A stretch of DNA of 64,000 nt from Gemmatimonadota bacterium (GTDB taxonomy: Bacteria > Gemmatimonadota > Gemmatimonadetes > Palauibacterales > Palauibacteraceae). The first letter of the stretch is position 1. Each line of letters starts with the position of its first letter. The notes beneath the pieces were generated by a model. It had not been told where the DNA came from. It ran no database searches and saw only the letters and a program-made list of their open reading frames with translations. Where the stretch lies: assembly GCA_039585235.1 (NCBI GenBank), contig JBDGWG010000004.1:7704-71703 (forward strand), given 5' to 3'. This document shows positions 1-8,475 of this stretch, in pieces. Both the position numbers and the translations under genes were made by a program.

Positions 1-62
1 GATCCGGCGTTACGGAATTCACGAACGACGCCCTCGCCGGCGAGGACGACCTGCCCTTCTGA
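1..62 (+). CDS. ssb: 3' end of single-stranded DNA-binding protein (partial)
   Basis: The frame from nt 3 reads SGVTEFTNDALAGEDDLPF-stop; an acidic DDLPF tail is the SSB C-terminal signature. Confidence 0.8.
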   Translation, partial: SGVTEFTNDALAGEDDLPF

Positions 63-73
63 GGAGGCAGTGC

Positions 74-1189
74 ATGAACAGGGCAACCCGGGCACTGGTG
101 ACGGTCACGGCGATCCTAGCGATCGCTCCCGCTGCAGGGGCCCAGGACACCGACGGTACGCATCGAGTACGCACGGGCGACACGTTGTGGGAGCTCGCGG
201 CGCGTTACCTGGCGGACCCGTTTCGCTGGCCCGAAATCTACGACCTGAACACGCTGATCGTCGAAGATCCGCACTGGATATTCCCGGGCGAGAATCTGCG
301 GCTTCCGGGAGCGCGGGATGGCGCGTCCGAGAGGGCCGCCGGGGAGACGAGACCGGCGGAGGGTGGCACCCAGGATGCCCGGAGATCATTCGGGCCTCCA
401 GGCGAGTTCCCCGACGGATCGGTATTCCGGGCCGACCCGAGTGCTCCGTCGTACGGCGCCCTGTCGATCGAACAGACCGAGCCGAGCTCCGTCGTTTCGC
501 TGAGCGACTTCCACAGCGCCTCGGTCATCGCGGATAGGCGGGCTCTTGCGCCGGCAGCCGTGACCGCCCGGGTCGTCGCTGAAGCCCCTGAGCCCTATGC
601 GGCCATCAGGCTGAGCCGAGCGGCTCGGCTGAACGACCAGGTCGTGCTCCATGTCAGCGGCCTTGGCCTCGAGGTCGGCGATTACCTCAAGGCAGTCCAG
701 TGGGGCCGTTCCATTGGCGCCGCGGGCAACGCGCTGCACACGGTCGGTGTCGTTCGCGTGACGCGGACGTTCCCGTCACCGGACAGCGTGCGAGCTGAGG
801 TGGTGCAGGTGTTCGGGGACTACCGGGTGGGAGACCAGATGGTCATGGCCGAGGACTACCCGGTGGTTCCGGGCGTGCGACCGGAGGCCGAATCCGCTGG
901 GCCTGTGGGCACCGTGCTCGGCTTCACAGTCGATCAGACACTCGTAGGCACGGGCGAGACGCTGTTCCTGGACATAGGCGCAGCGGATGGACTCCAGGTT
1001 GGCGACGTGTTCGCCATATTCTCATCGGACGAGAAGGCAGCCGAGACGGCGCTTTTTGCCGATCGGCTCACCACGGTCCGGGTCGTTCACACGTCGGACG
1101 AAACGTCGACGGCCCGGGTCACCGAGGTCCGCGACGCGGGGATGCGTCCGGGTGCCCCCGTCCGTCGAGTCGAGCGGATGCCCCAGTAG
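74..1189 (+). CDS. Secreted LysM peptidoglycan-binding protein
   Basis: GGAGG RBS, signal peptide (AGA|Q), LysM motif HRVRTGDTLWELAARYL..WPEIY..N..I.DPHWIFPGENL. Confidence 0.9.
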   Translation: MNRATRALVTVTAILAIAPAAGAQDTDGTHRVRTGDTLWELAARYLADPFRWPEIYDLNTLIVEDPHWIFPGENLRLPGARDGASERAAGETRPAEGGTQDARRSFGPPGEFPDGSVFRADPSAPSYGALSIEQTEPSSVVSLSDFHSASVIADRRALAPAAVTARVVAEAPEPYAAIRLSRAARLNDQVVLHVSGLGLEVGDYLKAVQWGRSIGAAGNALHTVGVVRVTRTFPSPDSVRAEVVQVFGDYRVGDQMVMAEDYPVVPGVRPEAESAGPVGTVLGFTVDQTLVGTGETLFLDIGAADGLQVGDVFAIFSSDEKAAETALFADRLTTVRVVHTSDETSTARVTEVRDAGMRPGAPVRRVERMPQ

Positions 1190-1222
1190 AGGAATCCCGA
1201 CCGCCCCATTCGTGATCAGAGG

Positions 1223-1255
1223 GAAGCGTCCCGCCGCCTGACGGGGCGCTTCTTC
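1223..1255 (+). terminator. Putative intrinsic terminator hairpin
   Basis: gaagcgtcccg / cggggcgcttc stem (one G-U pair) after the LysM stop; weak U-tract. Confidence 0.4.
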
Positions 1256-1367
1256 GCATCGGGCCGGCGCGTCTTTCGGTGCGTGGCGACGCGGAATAGC
1301 TTGGCCGCGGCGCTGGATCGGCAAGGGTCGGGCCGCCGAGTGAAGGACAACCAGGAAAGAACTGCTG

Positions 1368-2324
1368 ATGTCGAAAGAGGGGCGGAAGGTTCTGGTCACC
1401 GGTGGGGCTGGATTCATCGGATCGCACGTGTGCGACGCGTTCGTCGCGGACGGCTGGTCCGTCACGGCGCTGGACGACCTCAGCTCGGGCAAGGAGGAGA
1501 ACCTCTCCGCCGACACGGATCTCGTCGTGGCCGACATCCGGTCCGCGGAGGCAGCGTGTCTCGTGCAGGACGGTGGTTTCGACGTCATTAGTCACCATGC
1601 CGCGCAGATCGACGTTCGCATCTCAGTGGACCGGCCGGATCTCGATGCATCGATCAACATTATGGGACTATTAAATCTGCTGGAAGCGGCGGTGAAGGGC
1701 GAAGTGCGCAGGTTCCTGTATGTCTCCTCGGGCGGTGTCGTGTATGGGGAGCCGGAGGAGCTCCCGGTGCCGGAGACCGCGCCGAAACACCCCCTTTCAC
1801 CTTACGGAGTGAGCAAACTGACCGGAGAGCATTACCTGTACTTCTACCGTGTGATTCACGGGTTGGAGGCCGTTTCTCTCAGGTACTCCAACGTGTTCGG
1901 CCCACGCCAGGATCCGCACGGAGAGGCGGGCGTGGTGGCCATCCTCGGCCGGAGCGTGCTTGAAGGTCGTCCACTCGCCGTGTTCGGCGACGGGGAACAG
2001 ACGCGCGACTACGTGTATGTGGGAGACGTGGCACAGGCGAATCTATTTGCGGCTCGGGTCGATGTATCCGGCTCGAAGACCATGGACGACGTGGCGTACA
2101 ACGTGGGAACGGGAGTGGAAACAAGTGTGAACGAGCTTGCGAGCGCGGTGATGAGAGTAGCGGGCAGACAGGTCCCAGTGGAGTCTGCGCCGGCGCGGCC
2201 GGGCGAGCTGCTGCGCAGCTGCCTGGACCCTTCGCGCCTCGAGGCACTGGGCTGGTGTCGGGCCGGCGGTCTCGACGAAGGGCTTGCCGCGACATACGCC
2301 TGGATCGCGGGGGAGGCTTCGTGA
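1368..2324 (+). CDS. NAD-dependent epimerase/dehydratase (UDP-glucose 4-epimerase-like)
   Basis: TGGAGFIG Rossmann motif, YGVSK (YxxxK), RYSNVFGPRQ, DGEQTRDYVYV. Confidence 0.92.
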   Translation: MSKEGRKVLVTGGAGFIGSHVCDAFVADGWSVTALDDLSSGKEENLSADTDLVVADIRSAEAACLVQDGGFDVISHHAAQIDVRISVDRPDLDASINIMGLLNLLEAAVKGEVRRFLYVSSGGVVYGEPEELPVPETAPKHPLSPYGVSKLTGEHYLYFYRVIHGLEAVSLRYSNVFGPRQDPHGEAGVVAILGRSVLEGRPLAVFGDGEQTRDYVYVGDVAQANLFAARVDVSGSKTMDDVAYNVGTGVETSVNELASAVMRVAGRQVPVESAPARPGELLRSCLDPSRLEALGWCRAGGLDEGLAATYAWIAGEAS

Positions 2325-3055
2325 TGCTGCTCCCTGCTCTGGCTCCGGTGCTTCAGCAGGCCAACACCATCGCTTCGAGTCCGTGGGATCTGATCCTGGG
2401 CGCCACGCCGGTCACGAAGGTCATCCTCCTGGTGCTCGCGGGCTTCTCACTGTTCTCGTGGGTCATGATCTTCTGGAAGTGGACCGAGTTCAGAAAGATG
2501 CGGCAGTCCGGAGACACATTCGTCGCGGGCATGGAGACGGCGGCGGGCCTCCGGGACGTCTACCAGACGCTCACGCGCCTCGAGGAGTCGCCCTATACAC
2601 GCGTGTTCCGGCGGGGCGTGAACTTCTTCACCGAGTTGCGCCCGACGGCCCTTCGTGATGACGGGCGCGAAGCCCCGGGGCTCTCCTCGGCCCAGCTCGA
2701 CACCTTGCGACTGGTCCTGGAGAAGGAGCTCGCGGAAGAGCGTGATGACATGGCACACGGACTCCCGTGGCTCGCGATCATCGGGTCCGTGAGCCCGCTG
2801 TTGGGCCTCATGGGGACCGTGGTGGGCGTCATGAACTCCTTCATCGGTATCACGACGCAGGGATCCGCGAATATCGCTGCCGTGGCCCCTGGAATTGCGG
2901 AAGCCCTCGTCACCACGGTGGTAGGGCTGGCCGTCGCGATTCCCGCAGTGATCGCGTACAACCACTATGCGGCCAAGCTCGGCCTGTTCACCGGGGAGCT
3001 GTGGGGCTTCGCCGCCGAGTTTGTGGGCACCCTGGCGAGGGAGGGCCGCGTATGA
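2321..3055 (+). CDS. tolQ: TolQ/ExbB proton channel
   Basis: Three TMs, SPLLGLMGTVVGVM and APGIAEALVTT motifs; first gene of the tol-pal run; GTG/ATG start overlaps the epimerase stop. Confidence 0.9.
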   Translation: MMLLPALAPVLQQANTIASSPWDLILGATPVTKVILLVLAGFSLFSWVMIFWKWTEFRKMRQSGDTFVAGMETAAGLRDVYQTLTRLEESPYTRVFRRGVNFFTELRPTALRDDGREAPGLSSAQLDTLRLVLEKELAEERDDMAHGLPWLAIIGSVSPLLGLMGTVVGVMNSFIGITTQGSANIAAVAPGIAEALVTTVVGLAVAIPAVIAYNHYAAKLGLFTGELWGFAAEFVGTLAREGRV

Positions 3056-3477
3056 TCGGCGGTCGTCTGGGGGGCGGACCGGAAGACGGTCTTCCCGTTC
3101 GGGCAGAGATCAACGTCACGAGTCTGGTCGACGTGGCCTTTACTCTGCTCGTGATCTTCATGATCACCGCACCGATCCTGCAGGGCGGCATCGAGGTGGC
3201 GGTCCCGAAGGCCCCATCCGCGCCATTGCAAGTGTCCGAGGGATTGGTGATCACGGTGGACCGCGAAGGACAGATCTACGTGGAAGACGATGCCTTCACG
3301 CGGGAGGAGTTTTCGGCGACGATCGTCCAGATGGTCGAGCGAAAGGGCGGGCCGACCGTGTACGTGAAGGGGGACCGCGATGTCCCGTACGGGTCGGTGC
3401 TCTGGGTCATCGGCAAGCTGAAGGAATCGGAAATCGACGCCGTGAGCCTGATCGCCGAGCCGGATACGGATCGTTGA
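3052..3477 (+). CDS. tolR: TolR/ExbD
   Basis: EINVTSLVDVAFTLLVIFMITAP with the conserved Asp; KGDRDVPYG; ATGA overlap with tolQ. Confidence 0.9.
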   Translation: MIGGRLGGGPEDGLPVRAEINVTSLVDVAFTLLVIFMITAPILQGGIEVAVPKAPSAPLQVSEGLVITVDREGQIYVEDDAFTREEFSATIVQMVERKGGPTVYVKGDRDVPYGSVLWVIGKLKESEIDAVSLIAEPDTDR

Positions 3478-3503
3478 AGTGAGGCCATGAGAGGGAGAGA
3501 CTG

Positions 3504-4169
3504 GTGAGCGGGAGCCGCGAACGGCACAGGATGCCGCCGGGCGCGCTGATCGCCTCGACCATCCTGCACGCGCTGGTCGGGATCACCATGGCAGTGGCCG
3601 GCGCCTACATGGTGCCGCGCCAGCTCCCCGCGCAAACGTTTCGAGTCCACCTGGTGGCGGCGGCCGACGAAACGGCGCCGATGCGCCTCCGGCCGCAGCC
3701 GGCGAAGGTGGCCGAGGAGGAGAACCGTCCTCCTCCGCCCGAGCCGACGCCCGATCCGAAGCCACGCACCGAGGTGCCCACGGTGGTCGAGCAGCCGCCG
3801 CCGTTGGATCCGTCGAAGGAGCCGGCACGTGGCCCGGAAGAGGGGGACGACCCGATCAACGTCCACCTCGAGGGCGCCGCCTTCGTCGATCCGAAGTACC
3901 TGGAGAACATCATACTTCAGGTGCACCGGTACTGGCGGCCGCCCACGGGCAACCGCAACCTGCGCGCCGAGGTCGTGTTCACGATCGAGAAGGACGGGTC
4001 TGCGAGTGATATCGAGTGGGTACAGCGCTCCGGGGATCTGGCCTTCGACCTGGAAGCGCACGGAGCGGTGGAGGCCGCAGGCCGCGCACATGCTTTTGGC
4101 CCCCTGCCGGCGGCGTGGCCGCGTGACCAGCTGAGAGTGTCGTTCTTCTTCGATCCAGCTTCTCTGTGA
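3504..4169 (+). CDS. TolA/TonB-like energy transducer
   Basis: N-terminal TM with S-xxx-H (STILH), Pro-rich linker, TonB_2-like C-domain (YW.PP..SGDLAFD); lies between tolR and tolB. Confidence 0.8.
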   Translation: MSGSRERHRMPPGALIASTILHALVGITMAVAGAYMVPRQLPAQTFRVHLVAAADETAPMRLRPQPAKVAEEENRPPPPEPTPDPKPRTEVPTVVEQPPPLDPSKEPARGPEEGDDPINVHLEGAAFVDPKYLENIILQVHRYWRPPTGNRNLRAEVVFTIEKDGSASDIEWVQRSGDLAFDLEAHGAVEAAGRAHAFGPLPAAWPRDQLRVSFFFDPASL

Positions 4170-4170
4170 G

Positions 4171-5535
4171 GTGAGCCGAGTGATGACGGGACGGAAGCAA
4201 GCGACCTTCGCATGGGTGACAGCGGTCTGCCTGATCTTGTCGGCCAGTACAGCGCTGGCGCAGGATCCGGGCGACGTGCGCGTCGGCATCACGTATACGC
4301 CCGGCTACCTGCCGGGCCTGGTGATGACGCCGGTGGAGGCGGAAGGACCGCTCGGTACGGCGGTGGCACAGGTGGACAGCATCCTCCGCCGGGACCTCGA
4401 CTATGCCGACCGATTCCAGATCATTCCGGTCCCGGACGACCTGCCGACCGACGGTCCCGTGAACTACGGCCTGTGGAACCAGCTGGGCGCGGTGTGGCTG
4501 GTGGTGTCGGAGCTCACGGGAACGGCCTCACAGCCGGTCCTCCGCGTGAGCCTGCACGACGTGGTGTTCTCGGAGCTCAAGGAAGTGAAGGCGTTCTCGC
4601 TGCCGCGTCCCGGTGATTCAGGCTTTCGGATGGCGGTGCACAAGGTATCCGACGAGATCGTGACGTGGGCCACTGGCGAGCCCGGCATCGCGGCCTCACG
4701 CATCGTGTTCCGACGCATGGTGACGCCGACCGCGTCCGATCTGTTTCTGATCGACAGCGACGGGTTCGGCCTCCGGAGGCTGACCCACGAGGCGGCGACC
4801 AACGACAGCGCGATCGCGATGTCGGCGGAGCTGTCGCCGAACGGGCGCTTCGTCGTTTACGTCTCGTTCAAGTCGGGCAAGCCGGTGATCTACGAGTTGG
4901 ACCTCGTGACCGGGGCCGAACAGGTGATCTCGGACATCGGAAAGATCAACGTGACGCCTGTGTATTCGCCTGATGGAAGGAGGATCCTGTTCGGTCGCAC
5001 CCAGGACGACCACACGGAGCTGTTCGAGATTCAGCGCGATCCGCTGTGCTGCACACGCCGCGTCACCTATACATCGACCGGAGAAACGCTCGGCGGAGCC
5101 TACTCGCCGGATGGTCGGCAGCTGGCGATCACATCCACGCCGCTTGGCAATCCCCAGATCTACGTCCTCGATCTGCAGCGGGGAGGCGATCCGGCGATCG
5201 TGAGTCGATACGTGTTCGGGGAGCGCGGTTACGCCACATCACCGCACTGGTCGCCGCGCGGCGACCGGATCGCATATCACACGTGGGTGGACAGCTGGTT
5301 TCAGATCGTCACGGTCAACCCGGATGGGACGGACCGCCGGGTCATGACATCTCGGGGGAGCAACGAAGATCCGAGTTGGGCGCCGGACGGCCGACACCTT
5401 GTATTTGCCGGGACCTTGCGCGGATACTATGCCTTGTGGGTGCTGGATACGGTGAGCGGCAGGCTCCGGTCGGTTACCGTGAACCAGGTGGATCAGCTGC
5501 CGCACTGGTCGGCCTCGATCCCTCCCGGTTCCTGA
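4171..5535 (+). CDS. tolB: TolB beta-propeller protein
   Basis: Signal peptide, TolB N-domain, repeated PD40 motifs (SPNGR, YSPDGR, WSPRGD, WAPDGR). Confidence 0.9.
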   Translation: MSRVMTGRKQATFAWVTAVCLILSASTALAQDPGDVRVGITYTPGYLPGLVMTPVEAEGPLGTAVAQVDSILRRDLDYADRFQIIPVPDDLPTDGPVNYGLWNQLGAVWLVVSELTGTASQPVLRVSLHDVVFSELKEVKAFSLPRPGDSGFRMAVHKVSDEIVTWATGEPGIAASRIVFRRMVTPTASDLFLIDSDGFGLRRLTHEAATNDSAIAMSAELSPNGRFVVYVSFKSGKPVIYELDLVTGAEQVISDIGKINVTPVYSPDGRRILFGRTQDDHTELFEIQRDPLCCTRRVTYTSTGETLGGAYSPDGRQLAITSTPLGNPQIYVLDLQRGGDPAIVSRYVFGERGYATSPHWSPRGDRIAYHTWVDSWFQIVTVNPDGTDRRVMTSRGSNEDPSWAPDGRHLVFAGTLRGYYALWVLDTVSGRLRSVTVNQVDQLPHWSASIPPGS

Positions 5536-5561
5536 CCGGTCGGGCGAACACAGCCGACCGC

Positions 5562-5590
5562 TTGTATGGTGCCCGCAGGTGCTATACAAT
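5562..5590 (+). promoter_or_regulatory. Sigma70-like promoter for pal-cpoB
   Basis: TTGTAT-N17-TACAAT in the tolB-pal gap, just after a cggtcgg/ccgaccg hairpin (5537-5560). Confidence 0.6.
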
Positions 5591-5686
5591 ACAGCGGTTC
5601 CGAAGGAACCAGCTCAACCGTCACGACCGTACGAGATCCGATATCCCGTTCCGGGAGTTCGCGACTCACTGAAAAGGAGTGTCAAG

Positions 5687-6352
5687 ATGCGTCTCAATGG
5701 TTGGATCGCAGCTCTCCTGGTTCTCCTCGCCGTGGGAGTTGCCGCCTGCGCCGGGAATCCGGCACCCGAGCCGCCGCCGGTAGTGGCCGAGACCGTGCCC
5801 GAGCCCGATGCGGACAGCCTTGCTGCGGTCCGGGCGGCGGAGCGCGAGGCCGCGGCCGCACGTCTGTGCCGTGAGGCCGCGTCAGCGATGGCGGCCGGCA
5901 ACTACGATCGCGCTCGCGGCCTGTACGAGCAGGCCATGCGCGACTACTCCGGCACCGAGTGCGCGAACTCAGCGGGCGGCCATATTGCCTTGATCGATGC
6001 AATTATGGTGATTCGCGAGCGCGTTCACTTCGATTTCGACAAGTATAACATTCGGGATGACGCGGCAGCCGTTCTGCAGGCGAAGGCCGAAGTCCTGGGC
6101 GAGTTCCCGGGCTTGAAGCTCACGATCGAGGGACACTGCGACGAGCGTGGCTCGATCGAGTACAACCTGGCTCTCGGTCAACGCAGAGCGGACTCGACGG
6201 TCAAGTACCTGGTCAGCCTGGGGCTGTCCGAGGACATGTTCAATACGGTGAGCTACGGTAAGGAGCGGCCGGTCGCTCAAGGCTCGAACGAGGAAGCCTG
6301 GCAGATGAATCGGCGTTCCGAGTTCGTCATCGAGAACATGGATGCTCTTTGA
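5687..6352 (+). CDS. pal: Peptidoglycan-associated lipoprotein Pal with extra helical insert
   Basis: AAGGAG RBS, lipobox VAAC, OmpA-C motifs VHFDFDK, IEGHCDERGS.EYNLALGQRRA, SYGKERP, NRR. Confidence 0.92.
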   Translation: MRLNGWIAALLVLLAVGVAACAGNPAPEPPPVVAETVPEPDADSLAAVRAAEREAAAARLCREAASAMAAGNYDRARGLYEQAMRDYSGTECANSAGGHIALIDAIMVIRERVHFDFDKYNIRDDAAAVLQAKAEVLGEFPGLKLTIEGHCDERGSIEYNLALGQRRADSTVKYLVSLGLSEDMFNTVSYGKERPVAQGSNEEAWQMNRRSEFVIENMDAL

Positions 6353-7134
6353 TCCGTAGAGTTCTAGTCACTGCATCCGTTACCCTTCTGGGCGCAGCGT
6401 GCGCCATGAAAAGCGACGTGGCGGATCTTGAGTCCACGTTGCAGGCGCAGATGCAGGCGGAACGCGCCCAGAGGGACAGCCTGATGACGGAGATCAGGCA
6501 GCTGCGATCGGTGCTGCTGGACAGCCTCAGCGTCCAGCAGCGCCGTGACGTTTCCGGGATGGTTGAACTTTCGCGCGACATCGAAGACCTGGGTATCGCG
6601 GTCACGCAGCTTACGGCCCTGACGGGAGAAACGCAGCGCCAGCTCGCGTTGCTTCAGGACTCGGGATCCGGCCTGGCGGGAGCCGTAGCGGCGGGGGCTG
6701 CCGGGGCGGCCCTCACGGACGGTGGCGGGGACTCTCCAGTGGGTGCCGCCGGCGACGGGCAGCCTCAGGCTCTGTACGAGGCAGCGTTGAGGCAGTTCCG
6801 GCGTGGCTCGTACGAGACGGCGCGTGACGGTCTCGACCAGTTCCTGGAGCAGTATCCGAGTGACGAGCTGGCTCCGGATGCTCAGTACTTCAGAGCCGAG
6901 ACCTACGCGGAGTCGGAAGAGCTCGAGGCGGCTCTGTCGGAGTACGCGCGGGTCCTGGAGTTGTATCCGAACTCGCGACGCGCGCCCACGGCTCTCTACA
7001 AGAGCGCCCTCATCGAGCTGCAGCGGGGCAACGTGGACGATGCCCGTACTTTCTTCCAGCGAGTCGTTCAGGGCTACCCCGACAGCGATGAGGTCGACCT
7101 CGCGGAACGGGAGCTGTCGGGGCTCCAGAACTAG
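6349..7134 (+). CDS. cpoB: CpoB/YbgF TPR protein (lipoprotein)
   Basis: Lipobox-like LGAAC, coiled coil, C-terminal TPRs (YPSD..APDAQY; YPNS..APTALYK); follows pal. Confidence 0.85.
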   Translation: MIRRVLVTASVTLLGAACAMKSDVADLESTLQAQMQAERAQRDSLMTEIRQLRSVLLDSLSVQQRRDVSGMVELSRDIEDLGIAVTQLTALTGETQRQLALLQDSGSGLAGAVAAGAAGAALTDGGGDSPVGAAGDGQPQALYEAALRQFRRGSYETARDGLDQFLEQYPSDELAPDAQYFRAETYAESEELEAALSEYARVLELYPNSRRAPTALYKSALIELQRGNVDDARTFFQRVVQGYPDSDEVDLAERELSGLQN

Positions 7135-7194
7135 GCCTGCCGGCCCGGGGTTTGCGTCCCATCGCGGGTTGCCGAACCCGGACGAGGAGGACGC

Positions 7195-7707
7195 GTGCGC
7201 TGTCCCACCTGTGATCACATCGAAGACCGTGTAGTGGACTCGCGGCTCAGCCGTGGCGGTCGGGCCATCCGCCGCCGCCGGGAGTGCATCGCGTGCGGTC
7301 AGCGTTTCACGACCTACGAGCTCGTCGAGCGTGAGCCGCTTACCGTGCGCAAGACGTCCGGAGCCATCGAGCCGTACGATCGTCACAAGCTCCTTCGAAG
7401 CATCCGAATCGCCTGCGCGAAGCGTCCGGTGTCGCTTTCCGAGATCGAGGACATGGTGGATGCCATCGAGGAGACTCTCGAGGCGTCCGATGCACGCGAG
7501 ATCAGCAGCCAGGCGGTCGGTGAGCTGGTGATGCGACACCTCCAGGGAACGGATCAGGTGGCCTATGTGCGTTTCGCCTCCGTGTACAGGAACTTCCAGG
7601 ATACGACGGAGTTCATGGAGGAGGTACACGAACTGGTGACCCGGGCCCGCTACCGGGCCCGCGGGCAGCAGGAACTCTTCGACGCTCAGGACGAGGCGAG
7701 CGACTAG
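7195..7707 (+). CDS. nrdR: Transcriptional repressor NrdR
   Basis: MRCPTC..VVDSR..IRRRRECIAC.QRFTTYE zinc ribbon, ATP cone, VAYVRFASVY. Confidence 0.97.
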   Translation: MRCPTCDHIEDRVVDSRLSRGGRAIRRRRECIACGQRFTTYELVEREPLTVRKTSGAIEPYDRHKLLRSIRIACAKRPVSLSEIEDMVDAIEETLEASDAREISSQAVGELVMRHLQGTDQVAYVRFASVYRNFQDTTEFMEEVHELVTRARYRARGQQELFDAQDEASD

Positions 7708-7711
7708 CCGA

Positions 7712-8470
7712 ATGGCGGGCAACTTGGGCGAGATGCCTTTCCTCGATCATCTGGAGGAGCTGCGTAAGCGCGTGATCTGGAGCCTCGTCGCTCTCGTCGC
7801 GCTCTCGATCATCGGTTTCTTCCTCGTCACCGAGTTCGGCGTTCTCGAGATCCTCGAGCGCCCGTTCAACCAGGTCCTGCCTGGCGAGGGCCTCCGCTAT
7901 ACGAGCCCCACGACGCCCGTCGTGATCACCTTCAAGCTCGCCTTCGTGGTAGGTTTCATCCTCGCGCTCCCGGTAATCGCTTATCAGGCATGGGCTTTCT
8001 TTTCGCCGGCCCTGTACGACCGCGAGAAGAAGTACATCATTCCGGCGATCACGGTAGGTTTCGTCCTGTTCCTGGCGGGCATCGCGATGGCGTACTTCCT
8101 GGTGCTGCCCCTTGGACTGCGGTTCCTGATCGGCTTCCAGGCTGACACCCTGACGCCCATCATCACCGTGGACGAATACCTTCGGTTCGCCACGCGGCTC
8201 ATCCTGGCGTTCGGCATCATCTTCGAGATGCCGGTGGTGCTGGTCTTGCTCAGCTTCCTCGGGATCGTGACGCCGGCCGCGCTGCGAAAATACCAGCGAC
8301 ACGCACTCATCGTCCTCGCACTGACCTCGGCTCTTCTCACGCCGGCGGATCTGGGCACGATGTTCATGTTGCTGCTGCCCATGGTCCTCCTGTACGAGCT
8401 TTCGATCTGGCTGGTACGCCTGGTAGGTGGGGGTCGCGCCCGGGCCGAGGAGCCCGCCCCGGGGACCTGA
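7712..8470 (+). CDS. tatC: Twin-arginine translocase TatC
   Basis: MPFLDHLEELRKR, F.SPALY..EK, FEMP, LTPAD; six TMs. Confidence 0.96.
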   Translation: MAGNLGEMPFLDHLEELRKRVIWSLVALVALSIIGFFLVTEFGVLEILERPFNQVLPGEGLRYTSPTTPVVITFKLAFVVGFILALPVIAYQAWAFFSPALYDREKKYIIPAITVGFVLFLAGIAMAYFLVLPLGLRFLIGFQADTLTPIITVDEYLRFATRLILAFGIIFEMPVVLVLLSFLGIVTPAALRKYQRHALIVLALTSALLTPADLGTMFMLLLPMVLLYELSIWLVRLVGGGRARAEEPAPGT

Positions 8471-8475
8471 CGGCC

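Noticed and set aside
2321-6352. Zorya-like or gliding-motor interpretation of the MotA/TolQ and OmpA genes
   Set aside because: The order tolQ-tolR-tolA-tolB-pal-cpoB is canonical Tol-Pal
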